This document shows, piece by piece, positions 1-11,269 of a stretch of DNA of 39,134 nt; position 1 is the stretch's first letter; the number at the start of each line of letters is the position of its first letter. The notes beneath the pieces are model-generated. The model ran no database searches. It had not been told where the DNA came from and saw only the letters and a program-made list of their open reading frames with translations. The position numbers and the translations under genes were made by a program. This stretch comes from Mustelus asterias (Eukaryota), in NCBI RefSeq assembly GCF_964213995.1, contig NC_135826.1:35426867-35466000 (forward strand), written 5' to 3'.

Positions 1-275
1 AAGTATACAAGATTGTTAGGGACATAGATAGACAGGAAGAAATCTTTTCACTTAGTAGAGAAGTCAATAACCAGGGCGCATAGATTTAAGGTAAGGAGCA
101 CGAGATTTAGAGGGAATTTGAGAAAAAAATGTTTTCACCCACAGGCTGGTGGGAATCTGGAACTCACTGCCGGAAAAAGTGGTAGAGGTGGGAACCCAAC
201 ACTTAAGAAGCATTTAGATGAGCACTTGAAATGCCATGGCATACAAAGCTATGACTGTGCTGTTAAGCTGTATGA
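1..275 (+). mobile_element. CR1-type LINE 3' fragment
   Basis: Typical CR1 ORF2-end sequence (accagggcgcatagatttaagg; gtgggaatctggaactcactgcc; catttagatgagcacttgaa). Confidence 0.8.
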
Positions 276-279
276 CTCT

Positions 280-720
280 AAGGTTCAGTAGACTGATTCC
301 TGGGATGAAGGAGTTGCCTTATGAAGAAAGCCTGAGCAGGTTGAGCCTGTATTCTTTGAAGTTCAGAAGAATGAGAGGTGATCTTATTGAAGTATGCAAG
401 ATCCTGAGGGGTCTTGACAGGGCAGATGCTGACAGGATGTTTCCTCTTGTAGGGGGAATCTAGAACTAGGGAGCGCAGTATAAAAATAAGAGGTCTCCCA
501 TTTAAGATGAGGAGGGATTTCTTGTCTCAGAGGGTTCTTAGGCTTTGAAATTCTCATGCACAGAGAGCAGTGGAGGCTGGGTTATTGAATATATTGAAAG
601 CTGAAACAGACAGAATTTTGGTTGATAAGGGAGCCAAGGGTTATGGGAGACAGGCAGGAAAATGGAGTTAGGGGCACAATCAGATTAGTCATGATTTTAT
701 TAAATGGTGGAGCAGGCTCA
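280..720 (+). mobile_element. CR1-type LINE 3' fragment
   Basis: Translation RLIPGMKELPYEESLSRLSLYSLKFRRMRGDLIEVCKILRGLDR is the CR1 ORF2 C-terminus, followed by 3' UTR-like sequence. Confidence 0.9.
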
Positions 721-729
721 ATAAGCCAA

Positions 730-1525
730 ATTTTCCAGTCCTGGCAACATCCTCATAAATCTCCTCTGCATCCCTCCAGAGCAATCACACCTTTTCTGTA
801 ATGTGATGACCAGAACTGTACACAGTATTCAAGCTGTGGTCTAACTAATTGTAAACAGTTCTCGCATAACCTCCCTGATCTTATATCCAATGCCTCTGTC
901 AATAAAGGAAAGCACGCCATTGGCCTTGTTAATCACCTTATCGACCTTTAAGGATCTGTGCATATGCACTCCAAAGATCTCTGTTCCTCCATACTACTCC
1001 GTCCCCTCCCGTTTACCGTGTAGTCCCTTGCTCTGCTGCATCTCCAAAATGCATTTCCTCACATTTCTCTGGACTGAATTCCATTTTCCACTTTTCAGCC
1101 CAATTGACCAGAGCATCTTCCTGATATCTAAAGCTTTTCTCCTCACTGTCAAGCACATGGCCAATTTTTGTATCACCTACGGAATTATCATGGTTGCTAC
1201 ATTCGAATCTAAATTATACACCTGAAACAAGCAGGGATCACATACTGAGCCCTGCGGATCCCCACTGGTAACAGCCTTCCAGTCGCAAAAACACCAGTCA
1301 TGCATCAGTTATCCTGTGCTTTATACCACTAAGTCAATTTTGGATCCAATTCTGACTCGCCTGCCTTGTGAGACCTTGTCGAAAGCCTTGCTAAAATTCA
1401 TTTTGACCATATCCACTGCACTGCCCTCATTAACCCTACAGTGACCTCCTTAGAAAATTCAATCCAGTTCGTCAGAGCTGACCTTCCCATAACAAGTCCA
1501 TATTGACTTTCCTTGATTCACCTCT
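730..1525 (-). mobile_element. CR1 reverse-transcriptase fragment, decayed
   Basis: gaccagaactgtacacagtattcaagctgtggtctaact corresponds to the minus-strand VRPxLEYCVQFW motif; cttgtcgaaagccttgctaaa corresponds to FSKAFDK. Confidence 0.85.
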
Positions 1526-2003
1526 AATTGAAGTTCTTCCAATCCAAACAACCTCAACAACTCTCTTGGTAATATTTATATCAGAAGATTTATCTGACCA
1601 CCATTGAATTGTTGATGCATCTGGTTTTACGTTGAGCTACAGTTTATAGAAAAGATTTGCAAGGCTACAGTGAAAAAGGCAGGAGAGTGGAACTAGGTGA
1701 GTTACTCTTGCAGAGGAATGGTGGACCGAATGGTGTCTTTCTGTTCTGTAACTATTCCATGATTCTGTATGATTAATGATCTCGGAAGTGAAATTTCTGT
1801 AACACATCACAATCAGATGTGCGCAGACAGCATAGGGAGCCTAATGTTGAAAATCATATTCATACTCAATGGATATCTGCTGAGAGAGAGGATGTGATCC
1901 TTCCAACCTACTCACTGATAAAAATAGACAATGCTGCAAACACTCAGCAAGTCTGGGCAACAGCACTTAAGTGAGAAAAAGAGTTAACGCTTCAAGCTCA
2001 ATG

Positions 2004-2702
2004 GCCTTTAGAAGAATGAGAGGGAATCTCATAGAAACTTATAAAATTCTAACAGGATTAGACAGGGTATATCCAGGAAGAATGTTCTGGATGGTGCCAG
2101 AGTCCAGAACTAGGGGTCATAGTTTGAGGATAAGGACTGAGGTGAGCAGAAATTTCTTCACCCAGTGGTGAATCTGTGGAATTCACTACCACTGGCACAG
2201 TGGTTAGCACTGCTGCCTCACATCACCAGGGACTCAGGTTTGATTTCCAGCTTGGGTCACTGTCTGCATGAAATCTACACATTCTCCCCGTGTCTGTGTG
2301 GGTTCCCTCTGGGTGCTCTGGTTTCTTCCCAGTCCCAAAGGTGTGCTGGTTAGGTGCATTAGCTATGCTAAATTCTCCCTCAGTGTACCCGAACAGGTGT
2401 CGGAGTGCGGCAACTAGGGGATTTTCACAGTAACTTCCTTGTAGCCTTAATATAAGCCTACTTGTGACACTAATAACTGAACACAGTAAGTACAAAAGGA
2501 CAAAACATTATGGTGTGATTTCAGGATAAAAGTGGATATAGCTCTTGGGGCTAAAGGGATCAATGGCTATGGGGGGGGGGGAGGGCGGGGTAGTGGGCAG
2601 GATCAAGATATTGAATTTGATGGTCAGCCATGATCATAATGAATGGCAGAGCAGGCTCCAAGGGCCAGATGGCCTACTCCTGCTTACAGTTTCTATGTTT
2701 CT
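2004..2702 (+). mobile_element. CR1 3' fragment interrupted by a SINE
   Basis: FRRMRGNLIETYKILTGLDRV peptide. The element breaks at about 2191 and resumes at about 2480, ending in gatggcctactcctgc...tttctatgtttct. Confidence 0.85.
2192..2477 (+). mobile_element. tRNA-derived V-SINE with an LF-SINE/L2-like tail
   Basis: Head tggcacagtggttagcactgctgcctcac; V domain ttctccccgtgtctgtgtgggtt; tail ttttcacagtaacttc...taagcctacttgtgac. A second copy lies at about 17305. Confidence 0.85.
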
Positions 2703-2731
2703 TTCATCATCATGTTATGCTTCCCAGATAC

Positions 2732-2870
2732 TTGATGTCTGTGTCAATATGCACAATCTTCTTGGAGATCCTGTCCACTTGGAGCCGGCAGTTTGCGGTG
2801 TCGATGGTAGTCATAATGTGGAGATGCCGGCGTTGGGACTGGGGTCCAACGCTGGCATCTCCACATCATT
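2732..2870 (-). mobile_element. Short Penelope-like insertion with an inverted terminus and 12-bp TSD
   Basis: cttcccagatac at 2720-2731 and 2871-2882. The minus strand reads MTTIDTANCRLQVDRISKKIVHIDTDI from 2814. Internal inverted repeat at 2816-2866. Family assignment is from recall. Confidence 0.7.
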
Positions 2871-3228
2871 CTTCCCAGATACCAGACCAGCCATATCGAT
2901 CATTCACTGTTACGAGTTGAGGTTTGCAGCACTTGGGGCAGGGGGAGCGCCTTGCTTGTGGCAGACAGGGTGACCTGGCTCACAATAACCCACCACCCCA
3001 CCCAGACAGACTGAGCTCAACCAGGATCACCATGCTAACACGCATGCGCACTGCAGTCTGACTAAGGAGCCCAACAACCGGTTGGTTCCCCATTCCTTTA
3101 CCGTCCATCACCGACTAAAGCCCACCGCTTGTCCGGTGACGAACGGTCAAGCCAGCGCTTCCCCCTAAAGATAATCCCCAACATCCACCGTCCAGTATTC
3201 AGATCACATGCTCTCTGCAGGCAGAGCT

Positions 3229-3655
3229 CGCGCATCCGGGAGACTGTCCGTCAACAGCAGTTAGCCCCGCCCTCTCCCCGCCAACGGCGATCAGCATGAA
3301 GTGCGCAGGCGCATCCAAGAGAATGTCCGTCAACTGCGGTTAGCCCCGCCCCCTCCCCAACATGAAGTGCGCAGGCGTATTCGGGAGACTGTCCATCAAC
3401 AGCGGTTAGTCCCGCCCCCTTCTCTCCAGCGGTGATCAGCATGAAGTGCGCAGGCGCATTCGGGAGAAAGTCCATCAACGCCAGTTAGCCCCGCCCATTG
3501 CGAGCAACACATTCGGAAGACTGTCGATCGGGGCAGTCCCGCCCCCAACGTCGCGATCAGCATCAAGTGCGCAGGCGCATTCGGGGAGACTGTCCATCAA
3601 TGACGGTTAGCCCCTTCCCCTTTCTCCGGCGATCAGCATCACGTACGCATGCGCC
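3229..3655 (+). repeat. Degenerate GC-rich tandem repeat, about 6 units of roughly 55-80 bp
   Basis: Recurring blocks gatcagcatgaagtgcgcaggcgcattcgggagactgtccatcaac...gttagccccgccc. GTGCGCAGGCG starts at 3301, 3367, 3446 and 3567. Confidence 0.9.
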
Positions 3656-3754
3656 ACCTTCACCAATGCCCGAAACTGGCGCGGCCAGAACAGAGCGCAT
3701 GCGCATTGCTACCTTCCGTTCGCGGAGCATTGTGGGGACGCGGAGAATCCTAAA

Positions 3755-3776
3755 ATGGCGGATCTGGCAAACGAAG
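3755..3776 (+). CDS. RANBP3: Ran-binding protein 3, coding exon 1 (MADLANE + phase-1 G)
   Basis: AAAATGGCG start context inside a CpG island. ATG GCG GAT CTG GCA AAC GAA G|gtaagc donor. The peptide matches the vertebrate RANBP3 N-terminus MADLANEEKPAIAPP. Confidence 0.95.
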
Positions 3777-4059
3777 GTAAGCAAGTGAAAACGGGCACGG
3801 AGCATTGGGACGCGGCAGCAGCGAGGCGGGAGTTCAGCTTTCGAACTCAGCATGTGCACCGGTGGCGGTGTTGGTCTCTACTCCAGGGTCAGTGCAGTGT
3901 CGCTCTCCCCTGAATGGCTCGACTGAGGGAGGAACTGGGCGCACACACCCACAACAAAACGCCGGCTAACCAGGCCTCTGAGCTACCAGAGCGCCAAACA
4001 AATCAATAGCAACAAAATCAGATGGGAATGTCCATTTGGATAGTCACAAGTGCGAGGAA

Positions 4060-4660
4060 TGTGATATGAAAAGGGGAGAACAAATCTATTAGAGCTAAAC
4101 TGTGAGAAGTAGAAAGAGACTGGGGCATATTGAAACGGAAAACGAGAAGGGGACGCGTTCGAGAGGGAGGATAGGAAACGGAGAGTTAGATAGGATTAAA
4201 AGTGATTTGGGGAGAAAAAGCGATCAGGGCAGAGGGGAGCGTTTACAACCAGGTAACAGGAGGAAGAACGGGGGGGGGGGGGGGGTCAATGGGTAGACGT
4301 TCAGGGGTGTTTCGATCAGGACGGATGAGGGAGGGTGGCACATCAGGGTGGAGGGGAGAGAGTGATCAGAATGAAGCCCAGGAGAGATTAGGGAGAATCG
4401 GGATGATGAGGGTGAGATTGGATTGAGGGGATTAGGTGGGAGGGGACTGGGAGTTCAGGATAAAGGGCAGTGGAGAGATTGGGCAGAATGGAGGAGTGGA
4501 GGAAATTGGGAGGGAGGGGAGATCAGGGTGAAGTTGAGATTATGATGGGATGGGGGCAGCAAAGTATGAAGGTAAGGGCACTGAAGAGACATAGTGACCG
4601 GAAGGATAGCAGATGAAAAAGGCACAGAAGAATATGAAATGAATAGTGTGAGTTTTATAA
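4060..4660 (+). repeat. Purine/G-rich low-complexity tract at the start of intron 1
   Basis: Strong G/A bias, a G run at about 4270-4285 and many GGG tracts. Confidence 0.75.
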
Positions 4661-4689
4661 TAGAGAATTCATAGGTCATTTAGTTTCTT

Positions 4690-5200
4690 GTGCATGTTCT
4701 ATAGATCACTCTGCATTGACTCTACCAGCCTTTTCTCTACAAATCTATTGATCTCAATTTTGAGCATTTCAATTGACTCAGAATCTAGAACCTCTTTGAA
4801 GATAATTCCATATTTTCTAACACCCATTGTGTTTGAGAGGAAACATGCTAGCTAATTTCACTCCTAAATGGCCGCCTTCTAATTTTGCGGTTATTATCCC
4901 ATATTCTGGATTGTCCTATCAGGAAATAATTTTTCTGCACTGACCTTATTACTCTGAATCATTTAAAACACCCTTTCACTTCACCCTTTAACCTTCTAAC
5001 CAAAAACAAACACTATGCAACCTGTTTTTGTAATTTAATCCTTTTAATTTCAATAATGTGATAAATGAGCACTGGGAGGCCATCAGAGAGAGATTGTATT
5101 TCAGCTCCACTAAAACTTTCTTGAAAAGGGTTAAGGATGGCAGTCCAAAGCTAATGGCCTCTAGATGACTAAAGAGAAGGTTAAGATGCATCAGGAAAAG
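4690..5200 (-). mobile_element. Old CR1 3' fragment
   Basis: Degenerate similarity to the other minus-strand CR1 ends in the window, e.g. 18135-18700. Confidence 0.5.
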
Positions 5201-5294
5201 GGGGCTGATGATAAGTGTCAGATTCATAATTGAGTGGAGAACCAAGTCAAAAAGTATGGAGAAATTGGAAAAAGAAATAAGAGAGCAGATGGTT

Positions 5295-6495
5295 GGAGTT
5301 GTACCTAGCACATAAGAAAATGGTTGTGGTTGTTGGAGACCTTCATCTTAGCTGGAGGACATCACTGCAGGAGTTTCTTATGTTGATGTCTTAGCCCCAT
5401 CCATCTGCAGCTGGTTTATCAACGACTTTCCTTCCATCATATGGTGAGAAGTAGGGATGTTCATTGATTAAAGTGTTCAGTACCATTCGTTACTCTGATA
5501 CTGATGCAGTCCCTATCCATATGTGGCAACACCTGGACAATGTTTGGAGTTGAGTTGATAAGTGGAAAAGAGTATAAGTGCCAAGTGATGACTATCTCGA
5601 ACAAGACAATCTAACCATCTCCTCTTGACATTGTGGCACCACAATGCATAAATGGAATACTCGCGACTTACCTGAATGAGTGCAGCTCCAACAACATTCA
5701 GGAAGCTTGACACCAACCAGGACAAAGCAGCCACTTGATTTGCACTCTCCACCGCCTTAAACATCCACTTCCTCTATTACTGACACACACTGATAGCAGT
5801 TTGTACTAAATACAGAATGTAATGCAGCTACTTCATAGAATCATAGAAACCCAACAGTACAGAAAGAGGCCATTCGGCCCATCGAGTCTGCACCGACCAC
5901 AATCCCACCCAGGCCCCACCCCCATATCCCTACATATTTTACCCACTAATCCCTCTAACCTACGCATCTCAGGACACTAAGGGGCAATTTTTAGCATAGC
6001 CAATCAACCTAACCCGCACATCTTTGGACTGTGGGAGGAAACCGGAGCACCCGGAGGAAACCCACGCAGACACGAGGAGAATGTGCAAACTCCACACAGA
6101 CAGTCACCCAAGCCGGGAATCAAACCCAGGTCCCTGGAGCTGTGAAGCAGCAGTGCTAACCACTGTGCTACTGTGCCGCCCTTGCCAAGCCTCCTCCGAC
6201 AGCACTTCCATACCCATGACCACAACCACCTCGAAGAATGGACAGCAGATGTGTGGGAACACCACCACCTCCAAGTTCCCCTCCAGGTCACACAGCATTC
6301 TAACTTGGAGCTATTTTGCTGTTCCTTCACTGCTGGGGCACAAACCTGAAACCCTCTTCCGCATTATACTGTGGATGTTCTTATACTAGATAGACTGCAG
6401 CGGTCCAAGAAAGCAGCTCACCACCACTTCATGGGCCATTAGGGATGGGCAACAAATGCTAGCCTTGCTGGCAATGCTCATATCCCATGGAAGAT
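5295..6495 (+). mobile_element. Non-LTR retrotransposon (CR1/L2 group) RT and 3' end, interrupted by an HE1-type SINE
   Basis: Degenerate GVPQGSVLGP..F..FINDLP...MFADD region at about 5360-5470. 3' end agggatgggcaacaaatgct...catatcccatg. Confidence 0.75.
5834..6181 (-). mobile_element. HE1-type V-SINE, near full length, with CR1-derived tail
   Basis: The minus strand starts ggcggcacagtagcacagtggttagcactgctgc, has the V domain and ends ...atgggccgaatggcc...ttctatgattctatg. Very similar to 22818-23092. Confidence 0.92.
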
Positions 6496-6504
6496 ATTGT
6501 ATGA

Positions 6505-6925
6505 GAATAAATTAGCAGGTGACATAAAAGAGAGCCCAAAAATATTTTGTACATTTACAACTAATAAAAGGGTAGCCAAAACAGGTGCCAATGAAGGAAT
6601 TAAAAAAGAGATTTCCTTCTGGAGCTAAAATAAAGGTGTAAATTGTGGAAGCTCTGGACACAAACATCCAATTCTTCCTGGATATTGGGTAATGCTGGAC
6701 GAATGGAGAATTGCAAGTATTACACTCCTGTTCAAAAAAGGCGAAAGGGATAAACCTGGCAGTTACCAGCCAGTTAGCTTCATGACACTGGTGAGGAAAC
6801 TTTGAGAGACAATCTGGGATGGAGTTAATAGGCACTTGGAAAAGTATGGGTTAATAAATGTAAGTCAGCATGGAGTTGTTAAAGAAAAATTCTATTTGAT
6901 TAACTTGAGCTCTTCAGTGAATGGA
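6505..6925 (+). mobile_element. CR1 RT N-terminal fragment
   Basis: Degenerate W..A..TxLFKKG.RD.PGxYxPVS motif (ggataaacctggcagttaccagccagttagc). Confidence 0.75.
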
Positions 6926-6949
6926 GACAGTTGAAAGAATCCTAGAATT

Positions 6950-7340
6950 GAATCATAGAATGATACAGTACATGAGGCAGTCATTTCACTCATCATGCTT
7001 GTGCTGGGTCTTTCACAGAGCTACCCAGTTAATACCACTTCCCCTCTCTCTTTCTCAATTTTATCTGTTCAATTATTTACCCAATTCTCTTTTGAATGTT
7101 ATTGTTGAATCTGCTTCTACATGTTCAGGTAGTACATCCCAGGTCACAACAGCTCGCTGCATTTAAAAAAACTTTTCATGATGTGCCCTCCGATGACTGT
7201 GCCTATCACTTTTAATCTGTATCCTTTGGTAAGTGACCATTCTGCTACTGCAAGCAGTTCCTCCCTCCATTTGATCTATCAGAAGTATTCATGGTTTTGA
7301 ACACCATCAAATCCCTTAACGCTTTCAGCTTTAAGATGAA
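6950..7340 (-). mobile_element. CR1 3' fragment
   Basis: Begins with the atcatagaa tail complement and continues as a degenerate CR1 3' end. Confidence 0.65.
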
Positions 7341-7494
7341 CATTTATATGTTGAGGATATGGGATCAGTGAGAACATTTAGTGGGTGCAGGAACAGAAGA
7401 GCCTTCATAATAGCAACAGTGACAGGACAAGTTGATAAGCTTTTGTTTTATAACAGAGGTATAGGAGATGAAGTTGGTCTACAACAGCCATGGA

Positions 7495-7915
7495 CCATAA
7501 AATGTAGAAGCAGAAGTAGACCATTTGGTGCATTGAGTCTGCTTTGCCATTTAACAAAATCATGACTAATCAGATATAAGCTCAACTCCACTTTCCCACC
7601 TTATCCCCATAACCCTTGATTCCCTTACTGATTAAAATCTGTCTATCTTAGCCTTGAACATAACCCAGCTTCCACAGCCCTCTGTGGTAAAGAATTCCAC
7701 AGATTCACTGCCCTCTTTGAGAGAGGAAATTCCTCCTCACTCTGTTTTAAATTGGTGACCCCTTACTCTGAGATTATGTCCACTGGTCCTAGACCCTCCC
7801 AAAACAACCCCTGAGCATCTATCCTGTCAAGCTCCCTGATATTTCTATATGTCTCAATAAGGTCACCTCTCATTCTCTAAACTCCAGTGAGTACAGGCCC
7901 AACCTACTCAACTTG
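7495..7915 (-). mobile_element. CR1 3' fragment
   Basis: ccataaaatgtagaagcagaagtagaccatt tail; gaattccacagattcac; ctcaataaggtcacctctcattct. Confidence 0.85.
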
Positions 7916-8229
7916 TTGTGAATTGCCAACTGATTTTTTCACAGCAATCTATCAGTTTTATACCGAAGTTCATTTGGTAGCTCATATCCAAGTCTCGCTG
8001 TTGCTTTTACTTGGTTTGAAATTAAAAATCTTGGTGATATTTTGCAAGTCAATGGAAAATAAGAATTAACATTGTGAAAAATTGGCTGCTACCAGGCCAT
8101 TTGGCACTGCTGGCATATACCAATTCACCTCCATAGAGTACAAACACAAAGAAATTATACTAAACACTGAAAACTTCTCATATTCCAACATCCCTAAGCT
8201 AAAGGTTAATATCCCATACTGGTTTTGAG

Positions 8230-9780
8230 TGCAGGTGTGTTAGTTACAGTATGTATAAGAAGTGTCTGTGTAAAGCGTGCATGGGGGAGGGGACGCTGTA
8301 TGCATTATGCATTGTGTGTGCAAGATGAGAGCCTGACTGCGGGCAAGGAGTGTGTGCGCCATGGCATGTGTAAGAGCGTGAGTGGGGTATAAGAAAGAGA
8401 CAAATGGTGAGTGGATTGTTTGAGATAGACTGCAAGATGAATGTGAGTGAATGCTGCACTGATGCGTGTTTGTGAGGAAGGGTATGAAAAAGAGAGAATA
8501 TTCGAATGGAAAGTTTTGATTATGAGTGTGTGCAATAAGTAGCATGAAAAAGCATGATGAATGTTCAGATATAAGGGAAGTGAAAGTATCAGAAGTTGCC
8601 AGTATGTCAGAATGCATATGAGGGAATTGTGAGTATGTGCAAGCTCTTGAAATGGTTTAAGTCTTTGAGAATTTTGTTGTGCGTGTGTGCACGAAGGCAG
8701 TTGCATGTGTAGGTGAGCGACAGAGAGGCACATTTGGAGGGTGTAAGAGAGTGCACGCAAGGGGAATGAGTGAGTGAGGATGAAGGCAGTGTTTTTGTGC
8801 GAGACTTGGCATGCCTGAATGGGAGTGTTTGTGGCTCAGGCAGTATGTATTTGTGTGAGGATAAGAAAAGAGTGGTATGAGACATCCAAACAAGGGGTGG
8901 AAATGTGTGAGCACATGTGAGGGGAATGTGCAGGAAAGAGTGTGACTGAATGTGAGCAGTTGTGCATGAGAAGTGATTGTGTGACATTTGTGAGAAAGGG
9001 ACATGAAGTAAGTGTGTACCATACTGTATGTGCCAAGAATGTATGAGTGATCAACTCTACACGTGTGAAGACAGAATATATAAAGTTGCCATGGTCCCAG
9101 ATGACCATAGGCTGCTCACCTCTTTGAGGGGGAGTGCTGACTGGTGGTGATTTAACCTGAGGATCACCACACCTCAGGCGAGAGACATGGTTCAGAAGGC
9201 GGGCTTTCATGAATAACCTCAGCCGATATGGGAATTGAACCCACACTGTTGGCGTCACTGCATCACGAACCAGCCGTCCAGCCAACTGAGCTAAACTGAC
9301 CCCCATGCAGAATATATAAGAGACTGCATGAGGGAAATGTATAGGAAAGTGAATGTGTGTGAAGGAGGCTGCGTATCTGATAGCTCACGAGGTTTGTGTG
9401 AGCACTGTGTGTGGTGTGCATGGCTGACACCATGCATATACGAGACTAGTGTGGCGCACAGGGCTGTGCTGTGTGGGTGGATAGTTTACATTGTGTCAGA
9501 GGAGCAGCACGTTTATGGGTTAAGTAGCTGGACCTGAGGGGAGTATGAGACTGAGGATGTGAGAGTAATGGGGATGAAATGTGAGAGATAGAGCAAGTGG
9601 GCAAAGCGTTTAGAATAGCAGGTGGGAGTGCATTGAATGTAAAGGAGAGTGCAAGGCGTATAAGAAATTGAAGCAGTATGGAGTGTTTGGAAAAAGGAGG
9701 GCGGATGTGTGCGAAGGGGATTGAGTATGGATGAATGTGTCAGACTGAGTATTTCTGCAATTTCTTGTCGAAGAAAAGAA
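8230..9780 (+). repeat. GT/GA-rich cryptic low-complexity region
   Basis: Dense gtgtg, gagag and atgtg motifs, which explain the His/Thr/Leu-rich minus-strand ORFs. Confidence 0.75.
9084..9307 (-). mobile_element. tRNA-derived SINE (about 220 bp) with 12-bp TSD
   Basis: Minus-strand A box tagctcagttgg and B box ggttcaattcc. TSD cagaatatataa at 9072-9083 and 9308-9319. A second copy lies at 16125. Confidence 0.9.
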
Positions 9781-9826
9781 GTTGTGACTAAAATGTGCAT
9801 ACTGATTTATTGTTCTTTATTCACAG

Positions 9827-9885
9827 AGAAACCTGCCATTGCTCCACCTGTTTTTGTATTTCAAAAAAACGAGAAAGGACAGAAG
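9827..9885 (+). CDS. RANBP3: RANBP3 coding exon 2 ((E)KPAIAPPVFVFQKNEKGQK)
   Basis: Acceptor tgttctttattcacag|, 59 nt, donor AAG|gtaacc. Phase 1 in, phase 0 out. Human sequence recalled as EKPAIAPPVFVFQKDKGQK. Confidence 0.96.
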
Positions 9886-11269
9886 GTAACCGTTCTACCT
9901 CAGTATTCATTTCAGTGTATTACATTTTGTGAAACAGTAGAGTTGCCAGTTTGAGCTATACCTGAGTTGTCTTACAAAAATTTGAAATTGAAAGCATTTT
10001 GCAACATAGATCCCATTTTAAATGTGCCACTGAAACCCACATTAACTCACTTTTCTGGACCCTGTTTCTAGCACCCACTGCCCTGTGCAGTGTATTTTTT
10101 CTTAATCTCTAACCTTGCTTGATACTTGTGAATTTTGTATTTTATGCCAATCTGTTCCAATCTCACTGTCTGCTTGCTTGCTTCTTCATCTGAGGCTTTA
10201 TTTTATACAAACATACTTTCACCTTTTTAAGACTGGACAAACATACTGCTCTTTCTTCAAATAATGTTACTGGGGTGATCTTTATTAACGTTCTGTTTAC
10301 CAATAGTGTAAATCAGTGATCTTGTGCCAGCTAATCTAGCTTGCTTTGCTTTTCCAGCTGCGAGTTAACAAAAAATGGATATGGTTGTGTAATCTCAGCT
10401 TTCATTTTGGTATGCTTTATGACTTTTAAAGTGTATTAGAACTGGAGTGCTGAAGAGGCAAGACTTGAAAGGATGTTGTACGTAGGTTGTGTGTTTCGAG
10501 TTAGTAATGTGTCAAGATGGTTCTGATGACTGGATGGTTCACCAGAATGATTTGAACCTTGAGGTGTGTGAAATTTGTGGATCAAACTTCCACCTCTAAC
10601 TGTCCTTGTGGGTGGTGGTAGGCAGCAAATGCTGGTAGTTGAATTATGATTTGAACTCCAGTGAAATTAGATTTATTTATTTATTTCAAAAATGTATTGC
10701 AAATAAGATAGTGATGTAGCAAAAGGTTTAAATGGCTGTATAAATAGTAAGCCTAAATGTATCTAAAATCTGGGCTGTTATGAAAATGGCTTTCAAAGTG
10801 ATATTGTTTAAAAAATCTATAGGAATGAAATCAACTCGAGGAATGAAAACATCATTTTAATGTGGCCCCTTTTTAAAATAGAAGTAGTGAACTTACGTAC
10901 TCGACCAATGTGAGACATCATCATTGGGATGTGGATCACTTGTCTATTTTGGATGCACTGTGATAGCTTTAGGGCAAGCTTTAGACTGGCTTAGATTCAT
11001 TTCAGACAGCAAGCAGACTTTAATATTGTTAGTCTCCAGTGCATAAAGTTCCAGAGTCAGTGGCAACTTCATTAATCTATTGTGCATCATGTCCTTTAGA
11101 AAGTAGCCTTGTTATAAAGCAGCCTGACTATTTTTGTCCTCTGTTGCTGTCAGACCTACTACCTTTTTATTCCTGGAGAGGGGCAAAGGGAAGGAGAAAG
11201 AACATGAAGATGGAAATGGGAGAGAATGAGTGCATAAGGGAGAGAGAGAATGATGCATTCTATGGGCTC

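Larger units (their letters stand above)
3030..4000. promoter_or_regulatory. CpG-island promoter of RANBP3, no evident TATA box
   Basis: High CpG density compared with the CpG-depleted flanks. NRF1-type CGCATGCGCA at 3041 and 3696. Several GC boxes (CCCGCCC). CCAAT at 3663. YY1-like AAAATGGCGG at 3752-3761 overlapping the start codon. Confidence 0.88.

Noticed and set aside
2545-2973. 142-aa ORF upstream of the promoter as a separate gene
   Set aside because: It spans a CR1 3' UTR and the Penelope-like insertion.
3229-3655. CRISPR-like repeat/spacer appearance
   Set aside because: The units are degenerate, the 'spacers' are homologous to each other, there are no cas genes and the context is a vertebrate promoter.
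8240-9306. Cluster of 120-156 aa minus-strand ORFs
   Set aside because: By-product of GT/GA-rich low-complexity sequence and a SINE; they overlap in several frames and show no domain features.
9864-9870. In-frame A_AAA_AAC slippery heptamer in exon 2
   Set aside because: No evident downstream stimulatory structure in the spliced mRNA; explained by Gln-Lys-Asn codons.
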